A stretch of DNA of 64,000 bases from Minisyncoccota bacterium (GCA_036405175.1 DASWYC010000002.1:403714-467713); one strand, 5' to 3'; positions 51,191 through 62,028 are shown, counted from the first letter of the stretch. The notes: a model not told the origin generated them from the letters alone. Program-made: numbers and translations.

Positions 51191-51748
51191 ATGGCGACCC
51201 AATCTATTAAAACAGAATTTACTCGGAGTGTTCCGATACTGCTTTCTAATGATTATTTATCAATTAAAGAACTTGAGAAGTTCTTCACCGATGGAAAGAT
51301 AGTCTGGGTTCACTCAGGACTAAGATTATTATTGGAAATTCTTTTTAAGAAAGAATACCCCCTGCCTTCTCATCTGAATAATGAATCGCGCCACTGGCAT
51401 ACTAATAATAGCCGTGCTCCCGATCGCTTGATATATCCACAAATCGGTGAAGTATCTTACGACGTATTTCAAGAGTATGGATGGCGAGAACTTATGACAA
51501 GATTATTTTTTCTGAGGCAAGCCATCGAGAAACAAATCAATGGAAATCCAGGAGAGCTTCTTGTTAATAAGCAAGGCAATATTACTCAACATAACATTAT
51601 TCTGAGGATTAAACTCAACAGAGGTCAGCCTCTTACATTAGAGGTCCGCTGGAGTACCGAAGAAAAAAAGTGGCTCTTATACAGCTGGCTCCCTCGTATA
51701 TGGGAAGCTGAAACTCAAATTCTTTCTTCTCATGTTGATCTTAGATAA
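51191..51748 (+). CDS. Hypothetical orphan between eno and gpmI
   Basis: 185-aa ORF with TTGACA promoter at 51122 and an A-rich leader. Confidence 0.7.
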   Translation: MATQSIKTEFTRSVPILLSNDYLSIKELEKFFTDGKIVWVHSGLRLLLEILFKKEYPLPSHLNNESRHWHTNNSRAPDRLIYPQIGEVSYDVFQEYGWRELMTRLFFLRQAIEKQINGNPGELLVNKQGNITQHNIILRIKLNRGQPLTLEVRWSTEEKKWLLYSWLPRIWEAETQILSSHVDLR

Positions 51749-51843
51749 AGTTGACGCTCTTATTTTTTACAATAGCCTTGCAATTTTTGTGGGGCTATTT
51801 ACTATCAAAAAAACCATCTTTCGATGGTCTTTTTGTTTTCAAA

Positions 51844-53127
51844 TTATTTGAATGGATTTTCAAACACAGCCGCACTGCCAAGTTGTTCTTCAATACGGAG
51901 CAACTCGTTGTATTTTGCAACACGATCAGTTCGTGAGAGTGATCCAGTTTTAATCTGCCCTGCTCCCAATCCTACTGCTAAGTGTGCAATAGTCGTGTCT
52001 TCAGTTTCTCCACTTCTGTGTGAGATGATTGCGGTAAATCCAGCATCGTACGCCATCATAACCGCATCAATAGTTTCTGAGATGGTTCCAATTTGATTAA
52101 TCTTAACTAAGATTGAGTTTCCTGCCTTTTCAGCAATTCCACGCGCAAGACGTTCAGTGTTGGTAACAAAGAGATCATCTCCCACCAATTGCATCTTTCC
52201 GCCCATTTGCTCGGTCATCTGTACATACCCTGCCCAATCATCTTCTGATAATCCGTCTTCAATAGACACAATTGGATAATGATTTGCCCAATCAGCATAG
52301 TATGCAACCATTTCTTCGGTAGAAAGTTTTTTATCATCGCGTTCAAGGTTATAAATTCCATCTGCATACAATTCTGTTGCCGCAACATCAAGTGCAAATG
52401 CAATATCTTTTCCAACAGTGTATCCTGCTGCGGTAATTGCTTCACTCACAAGCTCAAGTGCTTCTTCATTACGCTTTACCTGTACCGCATATCCTCCTTC
52501 ATCTCCAACAGAAGTTGAGAACCCCTTTGCGCTCAAAACTTTTTTAAGAGCGTGGAATACTTCTGCTCCCATTTGGATTGCCTTACTGAAGGTTGATGCG
52601 CCGATTGGCACAATCATAAATTCCTGCATATCAGTAGACATGGTTGCATGCTTTCCTCCGTTCAATACATTCATGAGCGGCATTGGCAATTTCATGCCAA
52701 CTTGCTTTGGCGCAAGAGCATTAAAGTATGAGTAGAGGGTAACTCCTTCACACACTGCTGCAGCATGAGAAAATGCAGCAGAAACTCCTAAGATTGCGTT
52801 TGCTCCCAAGTTTGATTTTGTTGCAGTTCCATCAAGAGCAATGAGCGCCTCATCAAGAGAACGCTGGTCAAATGCTTTTCCAATAACAGCGTTCTTGATG
52901 GTAGACTTTACGTTTTCTACGGCTTTCTGCACGCCTTTTCCAAGATAGCGAGATTTGTCGCCATCACGGAGCTCAAGTGCTTCATGACTTCCAGTTGATG
53001 CTCCACTTGGGACAGCAGCGCGGCCAAATGAGCCATTTTCAAGGGTAATATCCACCTCAACGGTTGGATTTCCGCGTGAGTCCAAGATCTCACGTGCGGT
53101 AATGTTTGAGATTGTATGTTGCTTCAT
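51844..53127 (-). CDS. eno: Enolase
   Basis: [43 protein letters not shown]. Confidence 0.98.
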   Translation of the reverse strand: MKQHTISNITAREILDSRGNPTVEVDITLENGSFGRAAVPSGASTGSHEALELRDGDKSRYLGKGVQKAVENVKSTIKNAVIGKAFDQRSLDEALIALDGTATKSNLGANAILGVSAAFSHAAAVCEGVTLYSYFNALAPKQVGMKLPMPLMNVLNGGKHATMSTDMQEFMIVPIGASTFSKAIQMGAEVFHALKKVLSAKGFSTSVGDEGGYAVQVKRNEEALELVSEAITAAGYTVGKDIAFALDVAATELYADGIYNLERDDKKLSTEEMVAYYADWANHYPIVSIEDGLSEDDWAGYVQMTEQMGGKMQLVGDDLFVTNTERLARGIAEKAGNSILVKINQIGTISETIDAVMMAYDAGFTAIISHRSGETEDTTIAHLAVGLGAGQIKTGSLSRTDRVAKYNELLRIEEQLGSAAVFENPFK

Positions 53128-53172
53128 AGGAGACTAGTATACACTACCTAGCTTAAAAATTGGAGTCTTTTA

Positions 53173-53448
53173 TTAGGAGTTTTTTGTTGGCGAATTTTTG
53201 TCTTTTGTAGTACCCCAGCGCCACTCTGGCTTTCCACCAGTTTTATACGCAATAGTAATGAGCGTAGTGGTAAGAATTATTACTGGCAAGATAAAAAGTA
53301 TGCCGAGCTCTTTTTGCTCTTGAGGATTAACCGCAAGCCCTAGTCCAATAATAAGAATCAAATAAATGGAAACCGTCAGCCATCCTTCCCATGATGCAGG
53401 CTTCCATCCATACCCATACTCTTTAAGTTTGAACCATTTCTTTTTCAT
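53173..53448 (-). CDS. Small two-TM hypothetical protein
   Basis: WF...YGYGWKPASWEGW, PEWRWG. Confidence 0.7.
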   Translation of the reverse strand: MKKKWFKLKEYGYGWKPASWEGWLTVSIYLILIIGLGLAVNPQEQKELGILFILPVIILTTTLITIAYKTGGKPEWRWGTTKDKNSPTKNS

Positions 53449-53450
53449 AG

Positions 53451-54254
53451 TTACATTGTATCAATAATTGCAACAATTGCCTTGTGGTCAGAAACTTCTT
53501 CAACTAATGCGACTTGGCGCACTTTGTAATTAGGTGTTGTAAACAGACCGTCTACCACCACTTCAATCCCCTTTGCGGTGTGATACGTTGGATCAAGTGT
53601 TGAAGTAACTTCTAATGGAATATTATCGTGCAACTTTTGTGAAAGTTGTGAAAAAATTTCTCCACCACGCGGCGCATTAAAATCTCCGCAGAAAATATAC
53701 TCGTCTAACTTTTTAAGATGATTCATCATGGTTACCAGATCTGTGCGCTGTGCTTCATCTGGCTCCCCTTTTGGTGTCCAGGTAAAGTGTGTAGTAGCAA
53801 TGGTGAACTTTTTAGCATCAACTTCAACATCCGCATGGATCACCACCCTACCTTCCGTCGTTCCGCGCCCGTGTGAATTATGTATATGTAGCTCATTCTC
53901 AAAAAGCGGTAAATAATAAAAAGTTTCGGAATTAGAAAGAGGAGTTTTAGATAATATAGCAATACCTGTGTTTCCCATGATGTATTCATCTGAATTTATG
54001 GATCCCGTAGCAACACCGTCCGCAATACTGTAATGATTCTCTCTGATTCGCTCATCGCTTGGCAATGCGTATGCAATTTGTGACATAGGTGCAAATAAAA
54101 CATGCGGGTATCCTAGAACTTGTTGGAGATATGAAATATCTGATTCAAAGACCTCTTGCAAGCAAAGAACATCTGCGGATTCATTTTTTAAGAATGGAAT
54201 GTTCCGTTCAAAGTGCTTATTTAATTCAATATTAAGAGAAATCAACTTGAGCAT
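53451..54254 (-). CDS. Endonuclease/exonuclease/phosphatase family protein
   Basis: SLNIE, DVLCLQE, THF, GDFN, SDH. Confidence 0.88.
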   Translation of the reverse strand: MLKLISLNIELNKHFERNIPFLKNESADVLCLQEVFESDISYLQQVLGYPHVLFAPMSQIAYALPSDERIRENHYSIADGVATGSINSDEYIMGNTGIAILSKTPLSNSETFYYLPLFENELHIHNSHGRGTTEGRVVIHADVEVDAKKFTIATTHFTWTPKGEPDEAQRTDLVTMMNHLKKLDEYIFCGDFNAPRGGEIFSQLSQKLHDNIPLEVTSTLDPTYHTAKGIEVVVDGLFTTPNYKVRQVALVEEVSDHKAIVAIIDTM

Positions 54255-54362
54255 ATTAGTCAAAAGTCTAGCATCGTTCTCTATAACTGTCATTTTGTAC
54301 TAGATTTTAAGCACCATTTTGAGCTTTGAAAAAAGGCTTTTTTACCGTATACTAAAACCCTT

Positions 54363-54449
54363 GGAGAGTTGGCCGAGTGGTCGAAGGCACCTCACTGCTA
54401 ACGAGACGAACCTTAACCGGTTCCGAGGGTTCGAATCCCTCACTCTCCG
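54363..54449 (+). tRNA. tRNA-Ser(GCT)
   Basis: GGAGAGT/ACTCTCC acceptor stem, G73, loop CTGCTAA, long variable arm, GGTTCGAATCC; CCA not encoded; TATACT box upstream. Confidence 0.92.
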
Positions 54450-54537
54450 CATCTAATAGCTAGCACCAATCCCATACAAGAAATGCTTTTTAAGCCTGGA
54501 TAGGGTGGTAATTCTTTGAAACTGATATACTGAATGC

Positions 54538-55092
54538 ATGTTATATCTTATAGGTGGAGCACCTCGTTCTGGAAAATCACTGTTGGCCCAACGATTGCTC
54601 AAAGAAAAACAGGTTTCTTATTTCCCTACGGATGCCCTGATTGGCACCCTGACATTTGCTGCTCCTGAATTTAATATCAATCATGATCTTTCTTTTAAAG
54701 AAAAATCAGAAAAAGTATGGCGATTCACTGAACATCTCTTTAATCATTTTCTTCACGAAGAAGAGTCATATACTGTTGAAGGTGATTGTTTATTACCTTC
54801 GCAGATTAGCGATTTTAAAAATAAACATAATAAAGAGATTCGATGCTGCTTTATCGGATACACCTCATTATTACCACAAGAAAAGCTGAAATACGTGAGA
54901 GATTTTAACAGAGGCGAAACTGATTGGACCAATGAACAGACGGATGACATCCTCCTTGAGATGATTGAACGAATGATTGAATATAGTAAATTCCTCAAAG
55001 AAGAATGTGTTAAATATAATATTGAATTTTTTGATATATCAGATGATTTTATAGTAACCCAGCAAAAAGCATTTCAGTATTTAACATCGTAG
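54538..55092 (+). CDS. P-loop kinase-like protein
   Basis: GGAPRSGKS Walker A, PTD, VEGD. Confidence 0.8.
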   Translation: MLYLIGGAPRSGKSLLAQRLLKEKQVSYFPTDALIGTLTFAAPEFNINHDLSFKEKSEKVWRFTEHLFNHFLHEEESYTVEGDCLLPSQISDFKNKHNKEIRCCFIGYTSLLPQEKLKYVRDFNRGETDWTNEQTDDILLEMIERMIEYSKFLKEECVKYNIEFFDISDDFIVTQQKAFQYLTS

Positions 55093-55122
55093 TCAAATGC
55101 TATGTACGCATCATTTCAAAAT

Positions 55123-55150
55123 AAAAATATACGATCAATCGTGTATTTTT
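55123..55150. terminator. Bidirectional terminator
   Basis: aaaaatatacgat...atcgtgtattttt. Confidence 0.6.
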
Positions 55151-55170
55151 AGTATAGAAATATTTTTAAT

Positions 55171-55578
55171 TTACGCTTGAGGGATTTTTGTAGCATCCAT
55201 ATAGAAAATTTCCCAGGTATATCCATCAAAATCTTCGATGGTTCGCTGTTGCATAAATCCGTAGTCTCTCATTTCATTTGGCTCTGTCCCACCCGCATTC
55301 AATCCGTTCATCATGATGCGGTTAACCTCATCAACACTCTCAACTGACAGTGAATAAAGGGCTGCAATATTCGTTATGGTATGTGCAATAGGCTTATTGG
55401 TGAATGTCTGAAATTTTTCACGAGTCATGATCATTACAAAAATCTCTTCACTCCACACCATGCACTTTGCGGTATCATCTGAAAATTGAGGATTGTTTGA
55501 GAACCCTAACGCAGTATAAAAATCCATAGATTTTTGGAGATCCTGCACTGCAAGGTTAATGAAAATTTGTTTTGCCAT
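55171..55578 (-). CDS. VOC/glyoxalase family protein
   Basis: IFINLAVQDLQKSMDFYTALGF, DFDGYTWEI. Confidence 0.88.
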   Translation of the reverse strand: MAKQIFINLAVQDLQKSMDFYTALGFSNNPQFSDDTAKCMVWSEEIFVMIMTREKFQTFTNKPIAHTITNIAALYSLSVESVDEVNRIMMNGLNAGGTEPNEMRDYGFMQQRTIEDFDGYTWEIFYMDATKIPQA

Positions 55579-55590
55579 ATATAAATCTAA

Positions 55591-56025
55591 TTACTGCTGT
55601 TGATAATTTGCATCAAAATCAACCATCCATTCAATACCGTACTTGTCTCTGAACATTCCAAAGTATGAACCCCATGGACTATTATCCATAGGAACTTCAA
55701 CGGTTCCACCCGCTGAAAGTCCGTTAAAGATCCTGTCAGCTTCTTCTTTGCTTTCGCAGTTTACTGAAATCTTGCTTCTGTTTTCGTTTTCATTCGTGCG
55801 ACCCATAAACTCCGGCACGTCATTTCCCATCAAAATATTTTTTCCAATAGGTAGTGAAATATGCATGATTTTATCCATCTCATGTTCTGCTGGAGTGAAT
55901 CCAGGATTTGCAAGGTCTTTGAAACGACTCACGTTTGAGAACTCTCCACCAAACACTGATTTATAAAAAGTAAATGCTTCTTCCGCATTGCCATTAAAGT
56001 TAATATATGGATTGATTGTTGCCAT
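55591..56025 (-). CDS. VOC family protein (PhnB-like)
   Basis: PYINFNGNAEEAFTFYKSVFGG, WGSYFGMFRDKYGIEW. Confidence 0.9.
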   Translation of the reverse strand: MATINPYINFNGNAEEAFTFYKSVFGGEFSNVSRFKDLANPGFTPAEHEMDKIMHISLPIGKNILMGNDVPEFMGRTNENENRSKISVNCESKEEADRIFNGLSAGGTVEVPMDNSPWGSYFGMFRDKYGIEWMVDFDANYQQQ

Positions 56026-56083
56026 ACTATATATGATTAGCTTACGTTTAATATCGTGATTGTATCACTCTTATAAGAATATT

Positions 56084-56815
56084 CTAATTACCACTTTTTT
56101 CATACTGTTCCACCAGTTTGGCAAACTTTTCAACTTCTTCAATAAAGTTCTTTTGACGATCATTAGCTACTTCTTTGATATTTTCTGCAATCTGATAAAG
56201 TCCTTCAAATGTATCAGAAATAATACCAATCTCTTTTACTGGAATATCATATCTATCTTTAAGATATCTATATTCCCTTCTAAGACCTTCGAGTGGATTC
56301 TCATCGTGGCGAACAAGTTTTTTAATTGCACCAAATAAGAACCCCGAACAAAAATCAATATTATACTCTTTAGTAAGTACTGCATCTTGCGGATTTAATC
56401 CTAGAGTTCCCATTTGCATCAAACTGTCATTGCCAAACAAGTTCTTGCTTTCATTGGTAATAAATGATGACGATTCTGGGCATAGATAAAAATCAACACT
56501 TAAAAGTCGATCTTCAGTTCTATATATCACCGCAGAAAAGATTCCGTTAATGGGAGCATTTTGATGGGGTTCAATCACCCTCAGAATATTTCCAACTTTT
56601 TCAAACAGCTCAATCCTCTTTTCCATTACTGAAACAAATTCCTCATCTTTAAAAGTAATCCAAATATCAAGATCGCTATAGGGATCCGGATTTCCTCGTG
56701 CCACTGATCCAAGAATATGTGCTTCTGCGGCGATAGGTTCAAATGTTTCTTTTATTAAAGCCAGGACTCTTTCTCGATCGTGATTCAAGGCTTCCCAAAA
56801 TTCAGCTGGCTTCAT
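56084..56815 (-). CDS. Pol-beta-superfamily nucleotidyltransferase
   Basis: LGSVARGNPDPYSDLD plus a third Asp in VDF. Confidence 0.8.
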   Translation of the reverse strand: MKPAEFWEALNHDRERVLALIKETFEPIAAEAHILGSVARGNPDPYSDLDIWITFKDEEFVSVMEKRIELFEKVGNILRVIEPHQNAPINGIFSAVIYRTEDRLLSVDFYLCPESSSFITNESKNLFGNDSLMQMGTLGLNPQDAVLTKEYNIDFCSGFLFGAIKKLVRHDENPLEGLRREYRYLKDRYDIPVKEIGIISDTFEGLYQIAENIKEVANDRQKNFIEEVEKFAKLVEQYEKSGN

Positions 56816-56915
56816 AATTAGTATCTTACCAGAAAAGTATTCTGTTATATAAATCTCGCCCCCCTACAGATTATTAGAATAGAAAAACACCCTATGATCA
56901 TGCTACACTTTTCTT

Positions 56916-57794
56916 ATGAAAAAATATTTTTTGCTCCCCATTGTACTCATAAGCTTTGCTTTTGGATTCACATTTTATCAATCAGTAGTGGCTGCCGAGA
57001 TTCAACCAACAACTATTAAAATCTATCCGCCAAAAACTGATGTTCAATTTAAGAGTTCTTTATTTGGAATTTCATTTAAGCATGCTGGGAATTATCTTAG
57101 TTCAACCGAGCATTCAAAACAGCAACGCGCTGCGCTTTGCAAACTAACACCAACTATCACCCTTAAACAATGCGAAGAGGCGCATCTTAAAACTCTTATT
57201 GATCAGCTTGATCCGTTCTGTAAAGGAGAATTAGACTACGCCCAATGTATAAATATCTACAAAGAATCAGCTGGCTTTATTCCCGCAACACAAGAAGAAG
57301 ATCGCATAAAGTTTTATCTCAACCAAGAAAATTTTAACGAAAAGATAGACACATACATAGCCCTTGAGCTTCTTACGATAAATGAGCCCATTATAACTGG
57401 ATACTACGGTCATAATAATTGGTGCGAGTTTAAAGCAAACGGAGAAAGAATTGTGAAGGTATGTACCCAGGAAGTTGAAGGATCAAGTCCTATCATAAAA
57501 ACAATAACTGCAAAACTTATTAAGAAAAATAAATACGGAGTTTCATTTTATAAAATCCCACAGCAAAGCTCGTCAGATCCTTCAATATACTGTGGTCTTT
57601 CTCCTAAGAATTTCATAGTTTGTTTTGATGTTGAGCTCAATAACTTTACCGAAGAAGAAATTAATTCTAAAGATGCTGTTTGGTTTACCAAACAGCGAGA
57701 TATTCGTAGCGATGCATTGCTTAAGTCGATAATTGATTCCTTCAGATTTGACAATCCTAAACAAGGAAAAGCGTATTTGGAGAGCCTTAAGTAA
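56916..57794 (+). CDS. Secreted Cys-rich hypothetical protein
   Basis: Signal peptide; 8 Cys. Confidence 0.7.
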   Translation: MKKYFLLPIVLISFAFGFTFYQSVVAAEIQPTTIKIYPPKTDVQFKSSLFGISFKHAGNYLSSTEHSKQQRAALCKLTPTITLKQCEEAHLKTLIDQLDPFCKGELDYAQCINIYKESAGFIPATQEEDRIKFYLNQENFNEKIDTYIALELLTINEPIITGYYGHNNWCEFKANGERIVKVCTQEVEGSSPIIKTITAKLIKKNKYGVSFYKIPQQSSSDPSIYCGLSPKNFIVCFDVELNNFTEEEINSKDAVWFTKQRDIRSDALLKSIIDSFRFDNPKQGKAYLESLK

Positions 57795-57845
57795 AGCTTA
57801 AAAACTCTTTTAAAATAGTAATTTAATGCTATACTCACCACATAT

Positions 57846-58301
57846 ATGAATAAAACCCTCAAAGTAATTCTTATTGTTCTTGGTGTTATTGTTGGTATCT
57901 TTATCATTGGTATTGCATTAAGCTCTTTTGCTTCTCATAGTTCAGAAAAGCTTTCACAAAAGATTGATGTTTCTGTTGTAAGAACCGATAAGGCTGATTC
58001 TGTATCAGATGTTACCTACTCTATTACCAATACTTCAGAAAAGACTTTGAAGCTCAACAGTATTGATATTAATATGAAAGCGTTTGAGCAAGCAGAGCTT
58101 GTGAATGTTAATGAGCAGCGAACCGATGAATACACTACCTTTGGAATGAGAGCATTTGAGTTTATGAAAAAGATCGAGCCAGGCGAAACAGCAAGTATTG
58201 TATTTACGTTTAAACGAAGAACTCCTACCACTCAATTTATTGATACCGATATTTGTATGTCTCAAGGAGGTATTTGCATGGGAAGATCTTTTGATCTCTA
58301 G
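57846..58301 (+). CDS. Membrane-anchored hypothetical protein (possible Ig-like fold)
   Basis: N-terminal TM segment; ITNTSEK...IEPGET. Confidence 0.7.
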   Translation: MNKTLKVILIVLGVIVGIFIIGIALSSFASHSSEKLSQKIDVSVVRTDKADSVSDVTYSITNTSEKTLKLNSIDINMKAFEQAELVNVNEQRTDEYTTFGMRAFEFMKKIEPGETASIVFTFKRRTPTTQFIDTDICMSQGGICMGRSFDL

Positions 58302-58317
58302 TATTCTCTATTTTTAA

Positions 58318-59535
58318 TTACTTACTATTACGTTCTTCTTTAATGAGAAGAAGTGAAAACATCAAAACAATTACAAACACAATACCTATTACAAAATAGG
58401 CAGTTTGATATGAATAATTGGTTACGAGTGAACTCATATACAGTGCAAAGAGTCCTGTAAAAAGAGCTTGTATGAGGCGATTTACTGATAATAACATTGT
58501 CTTAGATTTTGAATTGCCTATAAAATCAAGCTGATACTGAGCTGACGCAGAACCAAGCCCGAGTCCATTAATACTTGGAATAAAAAAGAGTCCTGCAATC
58601 AACCATTTATTATTGACGAATCCGATTACTATAAAACTTAATGCATATATAATGGTCCTCATGATGAGGAACTGCCTGAATGACAGCTTTCGATAAATAT
58701 AATCATTCACGAGAAGCGTACTTGAAATGAGGAGTCTTGAGATTGACCACAATACTCCAATTGTTGAAACTGAAAATCCTGCGAGCTTTTGATACGTATT
58801 TCTATAGCCATCAGTTACTCCCAGCATTATTCCTACGATCAAGCTCATAATAAAAATATATTTAGCCCACCCTACATTCCACCATTCCTTAAGCGTATGT
58901 TTAAAATTACCTAATCCAATTTCTTTAACACGCTCTTCTTTCCCGCCAGGTTCGGTGAGTAGCAACACTGCAACAAGTCCAACGACATCAACAGCAAGCG
59001 CAATACTAAAAGCAAGCTTAAAGTTAAAATCTGAAATACTAGAAAGTATCAATACAAATATAATTGGTACCGCAAAGCCAACAGATTGTACTCGACCCAT
59101 TATTTTTGAAAACTTATTCTCGCTCTTAAGACTCTTTAATGTATCGTGCATGAAAGCAATTTCAGTACCACTTACCGCGGCAACGCCAAACGCTAAAAAG
59201 ACTGCTCCAAACACAAACCAAGTGGCACTATCGGCAAACACATAACAAGCCGTTGAAAGAACCATAAAGACTCGCGCAAATATAAGTGCATTTTTATGTC
59301 CAATCTTATCCGATAAATATCCGCTTGGTATCTCTAATAAAAATCCTGCAAATTCACCAATCATTGTTAAAAGACCAATGAGACGCTCGGTGGCTCCAGG
59401 CATGGTAAGCAGATAAATAGAAAGAAAGGTTGTATATACTCGCTTATTAGTAATAGTATGAACAGCTAATTGCCAGATGTTGTTTTCAACTTTCTTAGCG
59501 AATACATTCATAATATTTTTACGAATATGCATCAT
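58318..59535 (-). CDS. MFS transporter
   Basis: EIPSGYLSDKIGHK (MFS motif A), about 12 TM segments. Confidence 0.88.
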   Translation of the reverse strand: MMHIRKNIMNVFAKKVENNIWQLAVHTITNKRVYTTFLSIYLLTMPGATERLIGLLTMIGEFAGFLLEIPSGYLSDKIGHKNALIFARVFMVLSTACYVFADSATWFVFGAVFLAFGVAAVSGTEIAFMHDTLKSLKSENKFSKIMGRVQSVGFAVPIIFVLILSSISDFNFKLAFSIALAVDVVGLVAVLLLTEPGGKEERVKEIGLGNFKHTLKEWWNVGWAKYIFIMSLIVGIMLGVTDGYRNTYQKLAGFSVSTIGVLWSISRLLISSTLLVNDYIYRKLSFRQFLIMRTIIYALSFIVIGFVNNKWLIAGLFFIPSINGLGLGSASAQYQLDFIGNSKSKTMLLSVNRLIQALFTGLFALYMSSLVTNYSYQTAYFVIGIVFVIVLMFSLLLIKEERNSK

Positions 59536-59651
59536 TTCCTAAACTATATCATGCGCAAATCTCCCACGACTGATACTAGAATTTTCTAGGAACAACAAAA
59601 AGCAGGAAGATATAGTACCTTCCTGCTTTAAATTAATACCTCATACGGTGT

Positions 59652-61553
59652 TTACCACTTACCACCACCACCTCCGCCACCAAAGTTTCCACCACCAAAT
59701 CCTCCAAAACTGCTACCGCCGCTTAAGCTGCCTCCCATAGGTGTTGAGTTTGTAGAGTAATACGAACGATTTGATGAACGAGCACTGCTGGCGCTGGACT
59801 TATCTGACTTAGCCTTCTTTATAGCCTGTTCGGCATTTTTATCAGCTTCCTCAAGATTTTTATGGACAAGAATCCAATCAACTCTTGATTCAGCTGCAAG
59901 CCTTTCAGCTTCAGTGAGATAGTTTTGGGCATCCCGAGCAAGATTCCTTGCTGTTGTACCCACATCACTATCTTTCACTTCTTTCTGGGCCTCTGTCACA
60001 ACTCCTTGAACTTCGGAAAGTCTGGTTACATACTTTGACTGTTTGCTTAGCAGCTCATTTACACGGGCTACTGCTGCGTCATACATATGCCCCAAACTAT
60101 CAATTAATTCTTTAATTGTCGCAGCTCGAAGAGCTGCATCAGTATATACTCCACGACTGTTACCCAGAACCTTGAGCTGAACGTTGCCAATTAACTCATT
60201 GGCACGAGCTATTTTATTTTCAAAGATAATCAAGGTATCAAGACCCGCCATTACAGTACTTGGATACTTACCAAGACTATCCATAACTTCCATATACTGA
60301 GCAACTTGTCGAGTAAAAAACTGTTGTTTTTTTAAAAACTCATTCATCTCTTCGACGTATTGTTTCTCAGCATCAATTTCTGATTGAATAGTTTTTTGTA
60401 ACTGGGTAATCCTTTCAGCAATCACATACGCTTTTAAGAAACAGGTACGCTTTGAGTCATGATCAGTAATTACAAGCTCTTTTGCAATCTCTGATTGAAT
60501 GAGTACCAATGCAGCACGTTCAGCATTAAAGTTATGCTTTTGTACTTCAGGTGATAATAATAACCCCTCAACCTTCTTCGCAAGCTCTTTGGTATCTTTA
60601 ATTGCTTGCTCGGCAGCAGTGTCGTAGAGTTTTACATCGTCCCTAATCTTGGCAAGCGCTCTGTCAACTTTATCGTATTGCTCAAGCTGAGCTTGCACAC
60701 GCTCAAGGTCCTTTTCTGAGATAAAGAAGCGCAAGACAAAGAATCCGGGAAGCGAATTAAGTGCTTCTATTGAATCTTCTTTTGCTTCCCAATATTCAGT
60801 AAATAGAGACTCTGAATCGTTTTTTGCCCAATTGGGCCACAACGGGTCTTCAACAACTTCATCAGCTACGATGTTGTTGTAATAAGTTTGCAATTCTTTT
60901 CTTCTTTTTGTAATCCGTCTGAATCGACGGATAATTACAATTGGCAAAGCAATAATACTTGCAAAAATCAAAAGAGCAACAATGCCACTAAATATTTTTT
61001 CAGTTAGTCTTTCGCGCTCAATTTTTCTTTGTCGAGCTTGTTCTTGCTTAAAGCGCTCGCGTTCGTCCCAAGAAATAGATGTGAGTGTTTTTTGAATCTC
61101 ATCAATTCCTGACTGCACGCCTTTGTCGTATTCTCCGACTTTAAAGTACGGAACAACTACATCCTGACATATGTGATTACATATCACATCAGTGAGATCA
61201 GCCTCAATTCCAGCACCTGTCGCAATGAACATGCTGCGCGATGTTCTTGCAATAAAAAACACAATACCGTTATTGAGACCCCTTTGACCCACTCCCCATT
61301 GCTTGCCAATGGCGATAGCTTCATCAGAGCCGTCTGCAATAGCATCCTCAACGATCACAACAGCAATCTGTATTGAGGTTCTATTGTCATAATTAATTAA
61401 CTGCTGTTCAAGACTTTCTCGAGTCTCAGCAGAAAGGAGCCCAATATAGTCGTTCACTAATCGTTGAGGATTAGGTTTTGGAGGGATTACTTGCGAGTAC
61501 CCCAATAGAGTAATGACCAACAAGGTCACAGTAGTGATAAATCTGATTTTCAT
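59652..61553 (-). CDS. TPM-domain protein with long helical/coiled-coil region and Gly-rich tail
   Basis: LVNDYIGLLS, QIAVV, WGVGQRGLNNG, IATGAGIE..LTD, TM segment, GGFGGGNFGGGGGGGKW. Confidence 0.85.
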   Translation of the reverse strand: MKIRFITTVTLLVITLLGYSQVIPPKPNPQRLVNDYIGLLSAETRESLEQQLINYDNRTSIQIAVVIVEDAIADGSDEAIAIGKQWGVGQRGLNNGIVFFIARTSRSMFIATGAGIEADLTDVICNHICQDVVVPYFKVGEYDKGVQSGIDEIQKTLTSISWDERERFKQEQARQRKIERERLTEKIFSGIVALLIFASIIALPIVIIRRFRRITKRRKELQTYYNNIVADEVVEDPLWPNWAKNDSESLFTEYWEAKEDSIEALNSLPGFFVLRFFISEKDLERVQAQLEQYDKVDRALAKIRDDVKLYDTAAEQAIKDTKELAKKVEGLLLSPEVQKHNFNAERAALVLIQSEIAKELVITDHDSKRTCFLKAYVIAERITQLQKTIQSEIDAEKQYVEEMNEFLKKQQFFTRQVAQYMEVMDSLGKYPSTVMAGLDTLIIFENKIARANELIGNVQLKVLGNSRGVYTDAALRAATIKELIDSLGHMYDAAVARVNELLSKQSKYVTRLSEVQGVVTEAQKEVKDSDVGTTARNLARDAQNYLTEAERLAAESRVDWILVHKNLEEADKNAEQAIKKAKSDKSSASSARSSNRSYYSTNSTPMGGSLSGGSSFGGFGGGNFGGGGGGGKW

Positions 61554-61707
61554 TTTTGTATATTTATTAAAGAGTTTTATTATTTTGAGTTGACGCTTGG
61601 ATACCCCAAACACTCAAACTATTTTTACTAAATCATATTAACATATATAGTAGTTAATGTCAATATACTCACTGGAGCAAAATATTAAAGTATGCTAATA
61701 TCTTTAT

Positions 61708-61998
61708 ATGACTGATTTATGTAACGACGTAGAAAAGTTTGGTAAAGGAATTGGAAGTGTTCCCCGCTATCGCATCGTGGAGGCACTTTTTTCTGGCGGT
61801 AAAACCGTCACTGAACTTGTTAAAAAGACCAAACTGTCTCAGTCGCTCGTTTCGCAACACTTACGAGTTCTTAAAGAGGCTCAATTGGTGCAGGACGAAC
61901 GTCGCGGACAAGAAGTGGTATATACGCTCAATAATAAACACATGATCAGTCTCCTTCAGCGCTTAACACAGGAGCTTAAGCCTCCCAAAAAGCACTAG
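61708..61998 (+). CDS. ArsR/SmtB-family transcriptional regulator
   Basis: RYRIVEAL, VTEL, SQSLVSQHLRVLKEAQLV, RRGQEVVY. Confidence 0.9.
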   Translation: MTDLCNDVEKFGKGIGSVPRYRIVEALFSGGKTVTELVKKTKLSQSLVSQHLRVLKEAQLVQDERRGQEVVYTLNNKHMISLLQRLTQELKPPKKH

Positions 61999-62028
61999 AC
62001 TCATTACTATCTAATCAACTATCTATAT

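Noticed and set aside
54538-55092. 2-phosphoglycerate kinase linked to gpmI and eno
   Set aside because: Only generic P-loop motifs; separated from eno by other genes and a tRNA, so the substrate cannot be assigned
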